A stretch of DNA of 64,000 nt from Octopus vulgaris (GCA_951406725.2 OX597821.1:37262001-37326000), one strand, 5' to 3'. Shown: positions 11,536 to 24,984, numbered from the stretch's first letter. The notes: generated by a model not told the origin, from the letters alone. Numbers and translations are program-made.

Positions 11536-12307
11536 TTTCAATGCAAAAAAAAAGGGTCAGTGATATTATTATTATTTAAAATAGGTTGGCAATGTGAAAA
11601 AAAAAAAACAACTATTATTAAAATTTTGTATATAAGATATAGAAACAACCATCTTCACCCACAATGTATATGTTACTAACTTAACCTAAACTACAAACTT
11701 CACTGACAAACCTTTTTTGAAGACATTGTTCTAATAAGCACAATACTTTATACAATTTACATTATAACACAAACAATGCTAAATGTTGCTGCTAAACAAT
11801 CCTGAGCAAACTCAGCTCCAAATATTGAACTTCAGCAATTCAATATTTTTGTTCAAAATGATCAAGCCTCTCTTATTCCAAATCTTTTAATATTACTGTA
11901 ATTCTACTTGATCCAGATACCTATTGACTATACATCCTGGCTGTGCTGCTAACCACCTCTAAGTACTTGAAATATCAGAAATCAGTTCTCATAGTACACA
12001 AACTTGAACTTCCCCCATTCTCATCTTTTGTTTGATTTTTCTACAGGTATATCATACCTCTCATTAAGCTTTTTGGTTTACTTTTGCTCTGGCTACATTC
12101 AATCATTAGATCTCAGCATTTTCCATCTATCACATTTTCCTTCCCATTCACCTGTTAACGATGTTGAGCCTGTGATTCAGCTCTCTACACCAAGTTAGTA
12201 TTTGTTATGAAAAGAAAAAAAATTCTCAGAAAATACGTCATCATTTCTTTATTCAGGAAAAAATTCCAATATTACTTTTCTTATCAAATTTTCCTTAACA
12301 TTTTTAC

Positions 12308-12388
12308 TTACTTATGTGGAATATGGATCAAGAAAAGATGAAAATCTTCACCAAAGAAGCTAGTTCTAATGGCTCTGAAGCCAGTCAG
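12308..12388 (+). CDS. AMD1: AdoMetDC exon after the AC acceptor
   Basis: tttttac|TTA...CAG|gtttgt, 81 nt; LLMWNMDQEKMKIFTKEASSNGSEASQ aligns to human [27 protein letters not shown]. Confidence 0.9.
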
Positions 12389-12879
12389 GTTTGTTCATAA
12401 TTTTTCACATATTTGTTAAAGCCCTTTGTTGAAAGAAACTTGATTACACTGGCCATATGCTATCAAACTTTCGCAAGTTAGGCCTATTTTGGGGTGTATT
12501 TGTGCTGTTGATTCCAAATATGACATTAGTTTTGCTCTACCAGCTCTTGTTTTGAAAATACAGCATACATTTTCATATGCTAATTTAACCCCTTGGGTAC
12601 TGAAATCAGTAAACCTGTCTTTGCTTATATTTTAGGACAATTTTAAAAATTGCATCAATTTTGCCTTCTAATTAATTAATGGTCTTATTATATTACAAGA
12701 ATTACTGCAATATTAATGCTATTAAAATCATTATATGGTAATAGATCAGTACAAGAGAATCTACAGAAATTTTTGTAATTCAAAAATAAACCAAAATGAT
12801 TAGTGAACATAATAAGGTGTAGCCAGTTTCAAGCTGTGGACACACAAGAGGTGCAGTGGTATTACTGGATGACGAGTAT

Positions 12880-13118
12880 AAGGCGGCAAGCTGGCAGAAA
12901 GGTTAGCACGCTGGGCGAAATGCATAGCGGTATTTCGTCTGCCGTTACGTTGTGGGTTCAAATTCCGCCGAGGTCGACTTTGCCTTCCATCCTTTCGGGG
13001 TCGATAAATTAAGTATCAGTTACGCACTGGGGTCGATGTAATCAACTTAATACCTATGTCTGTCCTTGTTTGTCCCCTTTGTGTTTAGCCCCTTGTGGGT
13101 AATAAAGAAATAGGTATT
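12880..13118 (+). mobile_element. SINE family with core GAGGTCGACTTTGCCTTTCATCCTTTCGGGGTCGATAAA
   Basis: tRNA-like head (GCTGGCAGAA...GGTTCAAATTCC); multiple copies in window. Confidence 0.82.
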
Positions 13119-13139
13119 ACTGGATGACTAACGGAGGAG

Positions 13140-13880
13140 GTAGTCTTTACAGACGGCAGATGTGCAGATACATTAAACACCAGGATTGTACAAAAGATAG
13201 ACTCCCTCATATGCCAGGGGGATCCCTGGAAGTAGTAGATAGTTTCCGTTACTGAGGTAACCAAGTTAGTAGTTGGGGTGGTTGTTTCAAAAGCATAGCT
13301 GCTAGAATAAGAATAGGCTGGGTGAAGTTCGGGGAACTATTACATCTGTTAGTAACAAAGGACCTCTTCCTCAGAGTGGAAGTCAGATTGTATGATGCCT
13401 GTGTACAAACAGCTATGCTACATGGCAGTGAGACATTGACTGTGACTATTGAGGGTAAGTGAAGAATTGAAAGAAATGAAGCTAGTATGCTTTGCTGAAT
13501 GTGCGATGTCAGTGTGCATATACAACAGAGGTTAATGATTTGAGAGAAAAACAGTATACATAGCATCAGTTGTAGCATGCAAGAGAGAAGACTGCTGATA
13601 CAGTCATGTGATGTGTAAAGATGAGCACAACTGTATCAAGAGGTGCCAGTTTCAAATTGCAGAGGGAACCTGTGGAAGAGATAGACCCAGAAGTGGTGAG
13701 AAAGGATGAGAAAAGACACATCAAGCTAGGTAAAAGTATGGTTGCCCTTGCATACAAGCTTATCGACTGCTACTCTCTCCAGCTGAGCATCCCTGATCTT
13801 GTGGGCTCCTAGATGCTGGTGCCACATGAAAAGCATTCATGCTGATGTTGCACCCAGTACACTCTGTAAAGTGGTTGGCT
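13140..13880 (+). mobile_element. RTE-clade LINE fragment
   Basis: LEVVDSFRY, ARIRIGWVKFGELL, RLYDACVQTAMLHGSET. Confidence 0.85.
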
Positions 13881-16877
13881 GATTGGTATTAAGGCTCCGA
13901 ACCCTGGAGGTCTGATTCATGTTAGGGGACTAGGAGACTACTATTAGAATTGGGTAGCAGAGCAGGTTCTATTAGCGGGATCTGCATGGCTTCTCACATC
14001 TTGTAGGGGAAAGTGAGAGAGAGAGAGAATGACTTGTAGGAGTTACAAGAGATAGACAATGGCAATGAGGTGCCCTGGTGGCCCCACAAGGCACAAGCTG
14101 AGCAGAAGTACATGGTTGGATGGGTAGTTTGCCAGATTGTGTAGGAAGGAGGATGGGGGTCTGCCAAATGGGTTGGGTTGAAGGGTGGATGAATAAGAAC
14201 AATAAACTGGGGAAGATAGGGAGATGCAGAAAAGAGTGGGTGGTGGATGTGGCAGGAATAGTAAGATGGTATAGTTGCCAAAGGGGAGGACAAGAGAGGC
14301 AGATGTCTTGGTTGGGTAGTCTGTAGGTGTGGAGTGGGAAGGGGGTAAGAAGCAGACATAAAGCATGATAGGAGGGGGAGATTCATTGTAACTTGGATGG
14401 AGACCATGAAAGAGCACTTCCAGAACTCAGTTTTGTGGAGGAGGATGAGTCCTTTTTAGAACTTCATATTGCCAGAAATTTCAATTCTTCATCAACTCTT
14501 CTGTCAGGTTTGGTCCTGAGGTCAGTCTTTGCTATTTCATCCCATATCCTCCTGGGTCTTCCTCTTCCCAAGTTCCAACTACAGCATCTTTGTACTAATT
14601 CGTTCATGCACCCTCACATTGCATATCCAATGGAGCATGCTCGGTTCATTTCTTTCTAGTCTTCTCAAATCCTTTGCATTTAAGGCCTGTGTCTCCCTAC
14701 CATGCATCATACAATCTGCCTTTCACTCTTAGGGAAAGGAGCTTTAGTCAACAGTGGTTGTAACTCTCATGTGTGTGTTTATGTGCATATGGGTGTATTT
14801 ACATCACCTTGTCTTGACATTGTCCAATAATTGCAAATGTCTTCATCATACAAGAGGTATCCTTCGTTTCCAATTTCCTGTGAAAACCTGTCCAGTCATG
14901 GGGAAATATTACCTTGCTTGATACAGGTGAGGATTGATGATAAGAAGAGTATCTAGCTATAGAAAATTTGCCTCAATAAATTCCATCTGATCTATGAAAA
15001 AGCATGGAAAAGTGGACGTTAAAATTTTGGGAAATTTACTCTATAAATATCCAAAGCAGAAACCTTTAATTCAATGCCTTTTAAGCTTTTGTGCTAAAAT
15101 AAACTGATTTAGTAGCATGTGGGTTTAGTATCCTGTGATATATTAATATTCTCTTTATCATCTCATCTCACACTATTTTTCATTGATTACCCACTTTATA
15201 TGAAGTTCTAAAAAGGTAGAATATAAGGGCCTCTAATTTCAGTGAAAGAGCAAATATGTCAGTGTATAAAAGAAATAAGGTACACCTCCAAAACAGGAGC
15301 TTATCAGGTAAAATTAATTGTGTATTTGGAATGAGGGCCCCAATTAAACCCAAGGATTTGTCAAACTTCTACGATACTAAAACATCTATTGATGAGTGTT
15401 ATTATGATCTGGCAAATATTAAAAAGTAGGGATGAGTTGCAGAGACAAAAATTGAACTCGGGGGAAGCAAAAACAAATGTGAATTGAGGAAGGTTCAGCA
15501 TCTCCAAATTAGTCGAAAATAGTTCACCAAATATGTTTCATCATCATCATCATACATCTGCTTTCCATGCTGGCATGGGTTGGACGGTTTGACTGAGGGT
15601 TGGCAAGCAAGAAGGCTGCACCAGGCTCCAATCTGATCACGCAAAGTTTCTACAACTGGATGCCCTTCATAATGCCAACCAATCCGAGAGTGTAGTAGTT
15701 TCCTAGTATGATATTCAAAATTAACCACGCTAGGCTTAAATATGGTTATTAGGGAAAATATTTCAGTTTAGCTAACATTAATATCTGGCTAATCATGCAA
15801 GGAGTCAACTCTGAGCATTTCTAAATTTTTAGCTGTTATCAACAGCTGTGTTATGTTTACTCTGGTTCTGTGGTAACTGGCCACATTAATGTAAAAATCA
15901 TCATCATCATTTAATGCCTGTTTTATATACAGGTATGGACTGGATAGTTCAACAGAATCCAACCTGTCAGAAGGCTGCATTGAACTTGAATGTCTACCTT
16001 GGCATGGTTTCTATGACTTGATGACTAATACCAACCACTTTACAGAATGTATTGAGTGCTTTTTTTTTTTTTTTTGTGGTACTAATACTAGTGAGGTGAG
16101 CAAGTAACTCTGACCCTTAACTGAGTGGGAGTAGAGTAGTGTGGGAAGTTGCTTTGTGCCAGGTGTTGAGAAGCTAAAGTATGTTAGGGGGACAGAAGCA
16201 GGTGTCTTGCTGTAGAGGAGATACATGGTTATCCCAGCTGGAAAGAGAGGAAAGATAGTAGTCATGAGATGTCAGGGCATACCCTCAAGTCAGAAGGTGA
16301 ATATAAGAGAACTCATGGACAGAGGTTCAGAAAGGGTGGGTGGATTTGTAAAAAAAATAAACCCAAAGTGGTGCCAGAAAGAGGGATAAATTATAAAGGT
16401 GCACTAAAAATACTGGTAAGAAAAATGTGGGTTTGATTATCTCTGGAAATACGAGATTTGAAAATAATCATCATCTACTATAAATTTCCATTATTTGATG
16501 GAAAATGTTTTATATTTTTTTCCCCCTGCTCGCGGTGGTTGGACTAAATGATGCCAACATCAGTGAAGTGAGATTATTTTGTATTGCTGTTTGAAATTTA
16601 ACATCTCTTTGTTAATCATGCAGCCAAGTCTCTATGGCAGAGTGTAGAATTTATGGCAAGTATTTTGAATATAGATGTTGCTGTTTGTTCATTTTTAAAA
16701 GACTATCCACTAATGAGAAATAGTGGGCGGTCTTTTAAAAATGAACAAATAAAAAATTATAATAATAAAACAAACATGTATCTCTGTAAAAGTGAAATAA
16801 AATGATTGAATGATAAAGCGATAGAACAGCAAAGCTTAAATGTGCAAGTATGCAATGCATACATGTATATGTATATA

Positions 16878-18125
16878 TGAGGGTCAGCTGAAAAGTTCAT
16901 AGGCTGACCAAAATACTCATGAAGTCTAACCAAATGAGGATTATTTTTCAATATAGTCCCCCTTGTGGTACACACACACTTCTTCCATTCGATCCCACTG
17001 GTGAAGAAGCTTTTATCCTGTTGGTAAAAAAAGCTCATCAACAGCAGATATAATGTCATCATCAGTGCAATACTGGTCTCAGCTAAGTGTTTTTTTCACT
17101 TTGGGGGAACATATGATAGTGAGATGGGGCCAAATGAAGAGAATAGGGAGGGTGGTCAACCAGTTCAAAGTCACAGTTGTGCACAGCAGCCATTGAAACC
17201 AAAGACCTGTGTGCTGGGGCATTGTCCTGAGGAAACAAGATCCCTTTTGTCAGTTTTCCTGGACCTTTGGTCTTGATAGCCTTTTGTAGCTACCTCAGCA
17301 AGGTGGCATAGTATTCTCCATTGATGGTGTGGCCCTTTTAAAGATAGTCAATAAACACAATGTCTTTTGCATCCACCAAAACTGAGGCCCTCACCTTCCC
17401 TGCAGATGAAATAATGTTTGACTTTTTTGGAGCAGATGAGGAGGGGTATTTCCATTGCATCGATTATCTCTTTGCCTCTGGTTCAAAGTGATGAATCCAA
17501 TACTTATCTCGGCGTAGGGAATGTTCAAGGAAACCAGCTGCATCTGTCTCAAACAATGTCAGATTTTCCAGTGGTGTGGTCAGCCTGGTCCACTTTCGAT
17601 CAAGTGTCAGAAGACATGGCACCCACCAAGTAGAAACCTTCATCATACCAAATTCATTGGGCAGAATATTCTCAACTCTCTCCTGGTATATGCTAGTAGC
17701 ATTGCTTATTTGATTTATAGTCAGTTGCCTGACATCCATCAGTAGGTGGTGAAATGCTCAATGTTTTCCTTGGTGGTGGCAGTTGTAGGACGTTCAGACC
17801 CTAGATCATTTCAAGAGTTGCCTTTTCCCTCCTAAATTCAACTACCTTCTTTTGTACCGTTGTTAAAGCTGGAGCATCATTCCCTAATCTAACAGCCATG
17901 TCAAGATAAATGTCCTTGTTGTCTAAACCTGTTTTCCTGCTTGGTAGCACCTCAATATCAAATTGTTTTTCAAGAGAAGTCTTCTTTGAACAGTCAGACG
18001 TCAGTTTACCTGGAAAGAAACAATGCAGTTATTAATAAGAAGAGTTGAAATTAATGCAGGCAAGGTTTCACAGCTCTAGCATCACACCTTCATAGTCAGC
18101 CTATAAGCTTTATAGCCTACCCTCT
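16878..18125 (-). mobile_element. degenerate near-full-length mariner transposon
   Basis: imperfect TIRs (TGAGGGTCAGCTGAAAAGTTCATAGGCTGAC / GTCAGCCTATAAGCTTTATAGCCTACCCTCT), TA flanks, ~1.25 kb, MKVSTWWVPCLLT (WVPxxL motif) in ORF 17464-17739. Confidence 0.88.
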
Positions 18126-20494
18126 TATATATGTATATACCTCTAACTCCAAAAGTTTTTTTTCTCTCCTTGTTATTTCCTTTTGTTCCTATCTGTTGAA
18201 GAGTGTCAAACTAATACACTTGTCTTCATCTTTTGTTTTTCTGTAAATTTCAACTATAAATATATATATATAGGTGTGTAAGTGTACTCTTACATACCTA
18301 TCAACTCTGTCACTGTATATCTCTGTCTGTGTGTCTGTCTATCTCTCTCTCTTTACCCACCTGTCCCTTATCTCCCTGTATCTCACTCACTCCCTACTTC
18401 TGTCTCTCTAGTCACACTGTAACCTATCTGCCCACACATCTCCCTTTATTTCACCCTCTGCCTCTTCACTAAATCATTATGTTTTTTGCTTTTCTTCACC
18501 CCTTTCTATATTGTCAGTCATCTCTTAGTCTCCCACAGCACATATCATTGCTCGGCCACCCTACTCCATCCATTCATTACATACCTACTCAACCTTACCC
18601 AATATCTACATCATTTACTCTCTTCCCTACCTTTCTCTCCAGAGCTTGTTCATTTTATATATTCACCTGGCACTCATTTCCCTGTAATTTTCACCCTCTC
18701 TTTTTATAGTTTGAGTAATTATGGAGCTCTTCTACAGTAAGAAACCCATTCTTTTGTAGCCCTACTCTCTTGAAGGGGATCTTAGTCCCAGAAGCTTCAA
18801 GGTGACCTCACTAGTGCTGCTACCATGAGAAAAACATCCAGTATGCTCTGTAAAGTGGTTGGCATTAGGAAGGGCATCCAACCATAGAAACTCTGCCAAA
18901 GCTGTCAGAGCATGATGCAGTCCTTTGACCCATCAGATCCTGTCCAACCCACACCAACGTGAAACATGCAAGTTAAAAGACAATGATAATAACAAGGATG
19001 TGTGTCTGTATGTGTATGAATATGATTGTTTTAATGTCCACTTTCCCATGCTGGTATGGGTTGGACAAAGTTTGTCGAGGCAGATTTTCTGTAGTTGGAT
19101 GCTCTTTCTATTGCTAACCCTCACCTGTTTCCAAATAAGGTAATATTTCCCCATGGCCAGATATATTTTTCACAGAATATTGGCAATGAATGACACTGCT
19201 TGTGTGACAATGAAAAGCATTTACAGCTATCTTATGTCAAGACAAAGACACACACACATGCACGTGCATGAAATGGACGTTTACAGTTTTTGCCTACCAA
19301 ATCCACTCACAAGGCTTTGGTCAGCTCAAAACTATAGCAGAAAGTACTTGCCCAAGGTGCCATGCAGTAGGACCGAGCCTGAAACTATGTGGTTATGCTG
19401 GGTTGCTGCCGTGATGTGAGTCGAAACCTGAACAATTGAGTATAAATCACACAAGGTCTAAACAAACAGTAGCACTGTTGGCTGGGTACTAATGGAATGT
19501 GACTCTCTTCTTTCCACCACTTGACTCTCACTGGGGAAGGGATTTAACATACTTGCATATTTTCTTATATTGAGGCAGATTTGGTTAAGTACTGCTGTGA
19601 TATGTGTGACCTGGTACAATTTGTCTTAATGCCATAGAAGGTTGAGAAATGGAGTAAAGGACAGAGAGACATTAAGACAATGATCAGACTCAAAAGATGT
19701 ATAAAACGGGAATTTTTGACTTGACAGTACATATGAAATATTGTCGAGTAAATTAAGCTAAATTTATATTTTTGTCATAAAATATTTTATTTAATCATCA
19801 GTGCATTCATATTTTCACTTGAAACTACTTTTCTTACAAATTTGTCATATTTAATTTGTCAAAAAATTTCAAGCACCGTAGTTAGATCAGAAGGCTTCTA
19901 CCACACTACCTTCTTCTTCTGACTGCACATTATTTATTACAGAAAACACTCATTCAACAGGTGCAGAAATATCAGGAACACAAAGAAGGTATACTACCAA
20001 AACACTAAGATTTCTTACTAATATACAACTTTTTTTTTTGTATTTGACAAAAGATATTTTGCCAGTTTTCTTCATCCTTAAAATTTTATTGCCCAAACTT
20101 TTGCCTTAGAAACCTAAAAGCTCTTTGCAATAACAAACACATCAGTTTATCAATGTTTACAACTTGCTTTCCAATCCCTTGATTGATCTTAATTGCCAGC
20201 TTCTGGAAACCGGGTTAAGATGTGCTTTCAGAATTTAACCATACAAAACCTTCATTATAAATTGCCATTGACAAAGTAAAGCAAAAAGGTTCATTATTGA
20301 CTGAAAAGTTTATATTTACAAGTTTCGTTTGTGTAACTTGGAGGGTAGATGTGTTTCCATGAACGTGTGGTTATGATGTATGTGTGAGCCTTGTGCTCAG
20401 TATATGACGAATGAGAGTTCAATGCTACCAGTGTTAGTTGTGCCACCTGTCTTAATACAAATTCATCAGGAATTGTGTATTGCTGCATATCTAA

Positions 20495-21957
20495 CCCTTT
20501 CGTTACTATATTTCTGACCAAAATACACCCCTCATGAGTTTCAATTAAATTCTAAAATAATCATGAATTTAGGCTTGTTTCATTAAATAACTGTAACTTT
20601 TTTACTTATCAACATTTTAATGTGATATTTGGAACATAATTAAAGGAAGGGTTCTTAATCAATTCTATTGCATAACTTTTGACTCAAAGTGACTTTAATT
20701 ACAGGTAAATCCAGGTAAATTGAGCAAAAGGTAAAAATATTAAAATTTTAAATTGAGCAAAAGGTAAAAAATAAAAATTTTGTTTAAACATCACTATAGA
20801 AAATGAATCATCAGCTAATATTCAAATGGGTATGCAACAAAATTTTGATAAAGAAGAATTGTGCACATCAGTTGAATGTAATGCACAACAGGTGTACCAT
20901 AAAGGTGGAATAAACTGAAATATTGGAATCCACCGTAAGTTTGACCGAACTAAAGAAATCGGTCAAAAAATAATATACGGCCCTGGTTATGGTATGGAAG
21001 TGATAAATTCCAGACCACATCGTTCCCTAGGCCATGCTGACTAATATTATTTTCCCTGTATAAAAACTAAATCCACGCAGTACCCAGTAATTTGCTTCAC
21101 AAATTTCCCAAACTTTGAACCCCGATTTTGGGTTTGTTTACAATCTGCGTAAGTGCGTTTCCACATTGATCGCTTCAAACAATAACTTCCAGACCACATC
21201 GTACCCTAAGCCATGCTGACTAACATTAGTTTCCCTGTATAAAAACTAAATCCACAACAGTACCCAGTAATTTGCTTCACAAATTTCCCAAACTTTGAAC
21301 CCCGATTTTGGGTTTGTTTACAATCTGCGTAAGTTTGTTTCCACATTGATCGCTTCAAACTAGCATACTGAAAAAAATAAAAGTCTAATGGTTTCACTTC
21401 CTAAGAAAGGCTATAGATAAACTTTATCTCCTCAGAAAAATTGCTAATAAAAACATTTAAAAAGTTTTTTTACTTCATTCCGATGTAAAATCGTCTTCGC
21501 TGTCGCCTTCGCCGCTTTGTTTCTTCGGAAGGCGCTGCTTTCATTTTCGGATAAAAAAATATTCATTATTTTGTACACCACGTGCTTTAGTACCTATTTC
21601 ATTCTTTTTCTCGATATCTCCCTATTTTCCGTTGACAAAGCTTTAAATTCGGAATCAATGCTTGATAACATGAAACTCCTATCCATTTTCAAAGTTGATG
21701 AAAAATCGATGCCGTAAAACATGTGGAAAAAAATCTCCCAAAATTCACTGAGTTGAGATATCACTTCAAGCAATGTCGGATACTATAACTTAACTATTTA
21801 CAATGTGAAATCACATGCTTTAACGAATGTACCAACGAGATTTGGGTTCAAATTTACATTTAAATAACAATGGGTTCTAACGGCCGGGTATGGCCGGGTT
21901 GGTACTTTGAACCAAAAAATTGTTCGGCCGGCTACGGCCGGGTTAGTAACGAAAGGG
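20495..21957. mobile_element. non-autonomous piggyBac-type element with CTAA TSD
   Basis: perfect 14-bp TIR CCCTTTCGTTACTA; CTAA at 20491-20494 and 21958-21961. Confidence 0.85.
21008..21360. repeat. ~179-bp direct tandem duplication inside the piggyBac element
   Basis: TTCCAGACCACATCGT...CGCTTCAAAC at 21008-21180 and 21187-21360. Confidence 0.9.
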
Positions 21958-21989
21958 CTAATGCAATTTTGAAAGTGCTAACACCCACT

Positions 21990-24200
21990 CTTCACATACT
22001 TCTTGTGTTTTGCAGGAAACCATTGAAGAGCCATAGCCCCTCGAATCCCACACTGTTGCAATACAATGTTCTCATTTTAGAAAGAGTAGGCAGGACTTTT
22101 GAAGTTATGAAATTGCATGATGTTTTCATATTTGTATAATTTGAATGCCAAACTTTTTTGGCACCAATCCTTTCAGAATTTCCCAGATATAGATGATTGC
22201 ATAATATTCTTTAAGATTCTTTCAATAAATGCATTTCGGCATCAATCTATTTTCTGTGGTTTGTTTGGTTTGCTTCCAGTTCAGTATTGGGCTTGGCAGT
22301 ATATACTGACCATATGTCTAAGAACAAAGGTCAACCACAGAACTAATATATTCTCTTGTTCTGATTGTTCTCAGAATTCATCCTATGAATTTTGTGCATG
22401 TTTCTACCATTTTCCAAATGTGCATGTAGAATGCTGTATTGTTACTCATTACAATTCACAGTTCCCATGCTGTGTCTGATTCTGTTTTATGGACTTCCTT
22501 CCAGTCCTTTGTATCTATATTCTGTATTGGAGGACTAGTAACAAAACACATGGAATGTGCATCTGTTGAATGCCATTTTGTTTTCTTCGGCCCTAATAAC
22601 AGTATTGAGGCCCTTCTCTAAAGTTTTTAACACCCTTTAGAGTTTTTATATCTTTTGATATGTTTGTATTTTCAACATTGTTTGTGAGTGTGGTTCTATG
22701 TTGACAACCAAGGATAAATGTGATAACACTGTTACAAACATTAATGTGACCCTAAGACCATACCCTGTAGTATCCTGCATGAAACAGTTGATTTTGCAGA
22801 GAGGCAGCTGTTGGTTGCAACAATCTGACTTCTGCCTTTCAGGAAGTTGTATCACTCTCCTAGTTTTCTGACTGTACTTAGGTTACAAAGTCTGTATTGT
22901 CCCTTGATTGACTTTGTAAAGCCTACACGTATTACATCAACATTGGATTTGTCAAGCAGCTGTTGCAGCACCCAGTCGCAATGCAGCAGAAGCTGTGTGA
23001 AGCAGCTTCTGCTTTGACCCAAAACCATGCTCGTTATTATCCAGTAGGCCATTTTCCTGTAAGAACAATATCAAATTCTCCTTGATTATACATTCCATGA
23101 CATTGATATGTGTGGAGACAAAGATACATCATCATCATTTAACGTCCGTTTTCCATGCTAGCATGGGTTGGACGGTTTGACCAGGGTCTGGTAAGCCATG
23201 GAGGCTGCACCAGGCTCCAGGCTGGTTTGGCAGTGTTTCTACAGCTGGATGCCTTTCCTAATGCTAACCACTCCATGAGTGTAGTGGATATTTTTTTACA
23301 TGCCACCGGCACAGGGACCAGGGAGGCTGGCAAATGGCCACGATCAGTTGGTGCTTTTACGTGTCACCGACATGGATGCAAGTCAGGCGGCGCTGGCATC
23401 TGCCATGTTCGGACAGTGCTTTTTACGTGTCACCAGCTCAGGTGTCTTAACTACAATTTCCACTTGATTTTTTATTTTGATGTTGGTGTTGACGTACTTG
23501 ACTCAATAGGTCTCCTCGAGAACAGCGGGTCACTCTACAGAGCTGTAATATTTTTTCTTCTACTTCCTTCTTTCTGGGTAGAATGTATATCCTTCTTCAG
23601 GTTTTGGGTGATTTTTGCCAGTCTTCAGAAAGAATTTGAAAAATAACTAAACTGATTTGCCTAATGTTTTTCTTTAGACATGTTTTTAGGAATTGTTGGG
23701 AAGTCATCAGAATCTGTCGCTGAATTTATACTCATTTTGTCTACGGCAGCTATTACATCACTTTCTTTTAGGCCTATGCCATTGACGGCTGAAATTTTTT
23801 GAACGTAGGTCCCCATCTTTTGTGAAAAACTCTGGGTTCAGATATTTGTGTATCAGTGGTGTACTGAACATTTAGAACCAGTGAATCGCTTCCTTCAAAC
23901 AGTGGCCATATGTTGTAGTGCTCAGAGTTTGGTTCTTTTAAAAGTTGTAGAAAACTTTTGGATTAGTCTTTATGATCTCTTGCCCACTTTCTCACCATGG
24001 CAGTATTTTATTTCCTTTTCAGTGCCTGATTCCTTTTGTTTCTCAGTTATTTGTTTACTCAAGCCCTTTTATTTCAGCACTTCACAAGAATTTTCCCATA
24101 TCTGCGGTTAATAATTCTTTTAGCATTGCTGTACTTCACTGGAACAAGTTTTAATGCATATAATTTGCTTGGCTGGTATATACACCACTTGAAGGGTTTT
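21990..24200 (-). mobile_element. older degenerate CR1-like LINE copy, interrupted by the repeat at 23127-23535
   Basis: SRSCFTQLLLHCDWVLQQLLDKSNVDVI (22852-23052) parallels SRSYLTQLLQHYDWVLRQLLNNSNVDII of the 27.8-kb copy; boundaries approximate. Confidence 0.7.
23127..23535 (-). mobile_element. RTE-tail repeat
   Basis: (CAT)n-TTTAACGTCCGTTTTCCATGCTAGCATGGGTTGGACGG block. Confidence 0.85.
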
Positions 24201-24480
24201 TGATTATCAAATCAACTCTAATATACAAACAAATCAGAACTTGGATTTCATGCAGTGTGTGAGAGAGAGAGAGACTCACATGCACACACACACACACATG
24301 GCAACATGATCAAAAATATACTCTGATATATATATAGAAGGTAATGCAAACTAAGAGGTTGAGTGATGACAAGGGTTCGAGATATGTGGGAGAAAAGGTG
24401 CATGAGTAGGAGGAGGCAGACAGTGGTGACAGGAAGTAGAGGAGGAGTGTGTGATGGGAGAATGTATAGAGCAGAATTGG

Positions 24481-24984
24481 GCATTCCTTTGATATAATTC
24501 GACACAATCAAAACATTTGACTTTGGGTATTTCTGTGCCAAATGACATTTGCCGAAATGAGAGGAGGAGAAGAAAGCTGATGGTGTGTGTGTGCATGCTT
24601 GTTATTGTGTGTGTGTGTACGTGCTTGTTCATGTCTGTGTGTGCATGCATGTTCTTGTCTGTGTGCAGTTAAGAACAAATATACAAAGCTATTTTTCTTC
24701 AAGTTTAAAGTGAGACATTGCTGGCATAATTTCGTTATATTTACATACCACAACCCATAAATACATAAAAACAGAACAGGTACACACACAGACAAGAACA
24801 AGCACGCACACATACACACACAGACAAGATCATGCACGCACGCACACACACAGACAAGAACAAGCACGCACACACACAACCCATCAGCTTTCTTGTTCTC
24901 CTCCTCCCATTTTGGCACGGAAATACCCAAAGTCATATGTTGTCAAATGTTTTGATTTTGTCGAGTTACATCAAAGGAATGCTA
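24481..24984. mobile_element. Mutator-like fold-back MITE
   Basis: long imperfect TIRs (GCATTCCTTTGAT... / ...ATCAAAGGAATGC) with internal CA/TG repeats; 9-bp duplication CAGAATTGG at 24472-24480 and 24985-24993. Confidence 0.7.

Larger units (their letters stand above)
7718..12307 (+). other. AMD1: U12-type (minor spliceosome) AT-AC intron of AMD1
   Basis: 5' end ATATCCTT; branch point TTTTCCTTAAC at 12289-12299; ends in TAC at 12305-12307; splicing restores QTFE|LLM (human QTLE-ILM). Confidence 0.92.

Noticed and set aside
23155-23646. Recurrent ORFs beginning MLAWVGR...LDALPNANHS as a gene family
   Set aside because: Antisense translations of the RTE-tail repeat.
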